A DNA stretch of 64,000 nucleotides, taken from assembly GCA_964036045.1 (NCBI GenBank), contig OZ038378.1, positions 91,574,001-91,638,000 of the forward strand. Reading direction: 5' to 3'. The stretch comes from Eutreptiella sp. 'Long Island Sound 2002'. Taxonomy: Eukaryota > Protista > Euglenida. Of this stretch, positions 63,546 to 64,000 are shown one piece after another. The position numbers were made by a program, and so were the translations under genes. Position 1 is the first letter of the stretch. The number at the start of each line of letters is the position of its first letter. The notes below the pieces were generated by a model that saw nothing but the letters and a program-made list of their open reading frames with translations, ran no database searches and was not told the DNA's origin.

Positions 63546-64000
63546 AGCGTAGAATTTTTATTTTGGGACCGAAAATCTTGGCATGATTCCCAGCGTTGCT
63601 GACGATCGGCCTGTAAATTTTCCAGCCGACATGCTAGGCAATCGCTCCTGGAATCCCTAGGAATGCGAAAATATCGGAAGCGTTTTTCCGACCGAAAACC
63701 CGAGCGAACCCCGACTGAAACCCCGACCGAGACCCCGGCCGAAGCCGGGAGGGAGCCTTCCGAAATCCCCAGGGATGAAAAAATATCGGAAGCGGTTTCG
63801 GGGGCAATTTCGGAGCAAAACGCCAAGGATGAAGAAACAATCGAACCTGCCACCCCACACACATATTTGGGCATTTTTGGGCAATTTGACCCATATATAG
63901 TGAGGACATGTACAATGCTCCGCCACTCCTCAAAGAGAAGCCGCCCCGGCTACCATGGCGGGGGGGGGTTAAAATTTCGAAAACCCAGTGGGGAGGTGTA
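63545..64000. repeat. Repeat/element end truncating the LINE
   Basis: aaaatatcggaagcg twice (~63667, ~63780), ccga-rich short repeats and a G-run. Confidence 0.4.

Overview
Repeat-saturated eukaryotic genomic DNA with no intact cellular gene. Canonical GT-AG introns occur in several decayed genes, poly-G/C tracts are frequent, and there is a (TTAGGG)-like relic. A protist such as a euglenid is a guess, not shown. The window is a stack of nested mobile elements and satellites. It holds: a 4-kb nested inverted-repeat array (1.6-5.7 kb); two ~720-bp Harbinger-like elements with different gene-fragment cargo; a decayed Helitron/Helentron Rep gene with in-frame SPKR/TPR repeats (10-13.2 kb); an intron-containing HTH + Tudor-like + coiled-coil gene relic (17.7-20.1 kb); nested foldback elements (22-23.7 kb); a 12.3-kb 33-bp satellite with higher-order repeats (27.9-40.2 kb); an internally deleted CGGBP1-like hAT with a 7-bp TSD (43.0-45.0 kb); a 5-kb long-TIR element interrupted by a retro-insertion carrying an 82-bp hairpin array (45.9-50.9 kb); a 3.9-kb mirror-symmetric element packed with an 18-bp perfect palindrome around a possibly ParB-like ORF (56.0-59.9 kb); and a decayed non-LTR ORF2 (RNase H + Zn knuckle) with a very long C-terminal extension (60.1-63.5 kb). 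Most ORFs in the supplied track are repeat artefacts. All homology calls are by-eye motif recognition; no searches were run.
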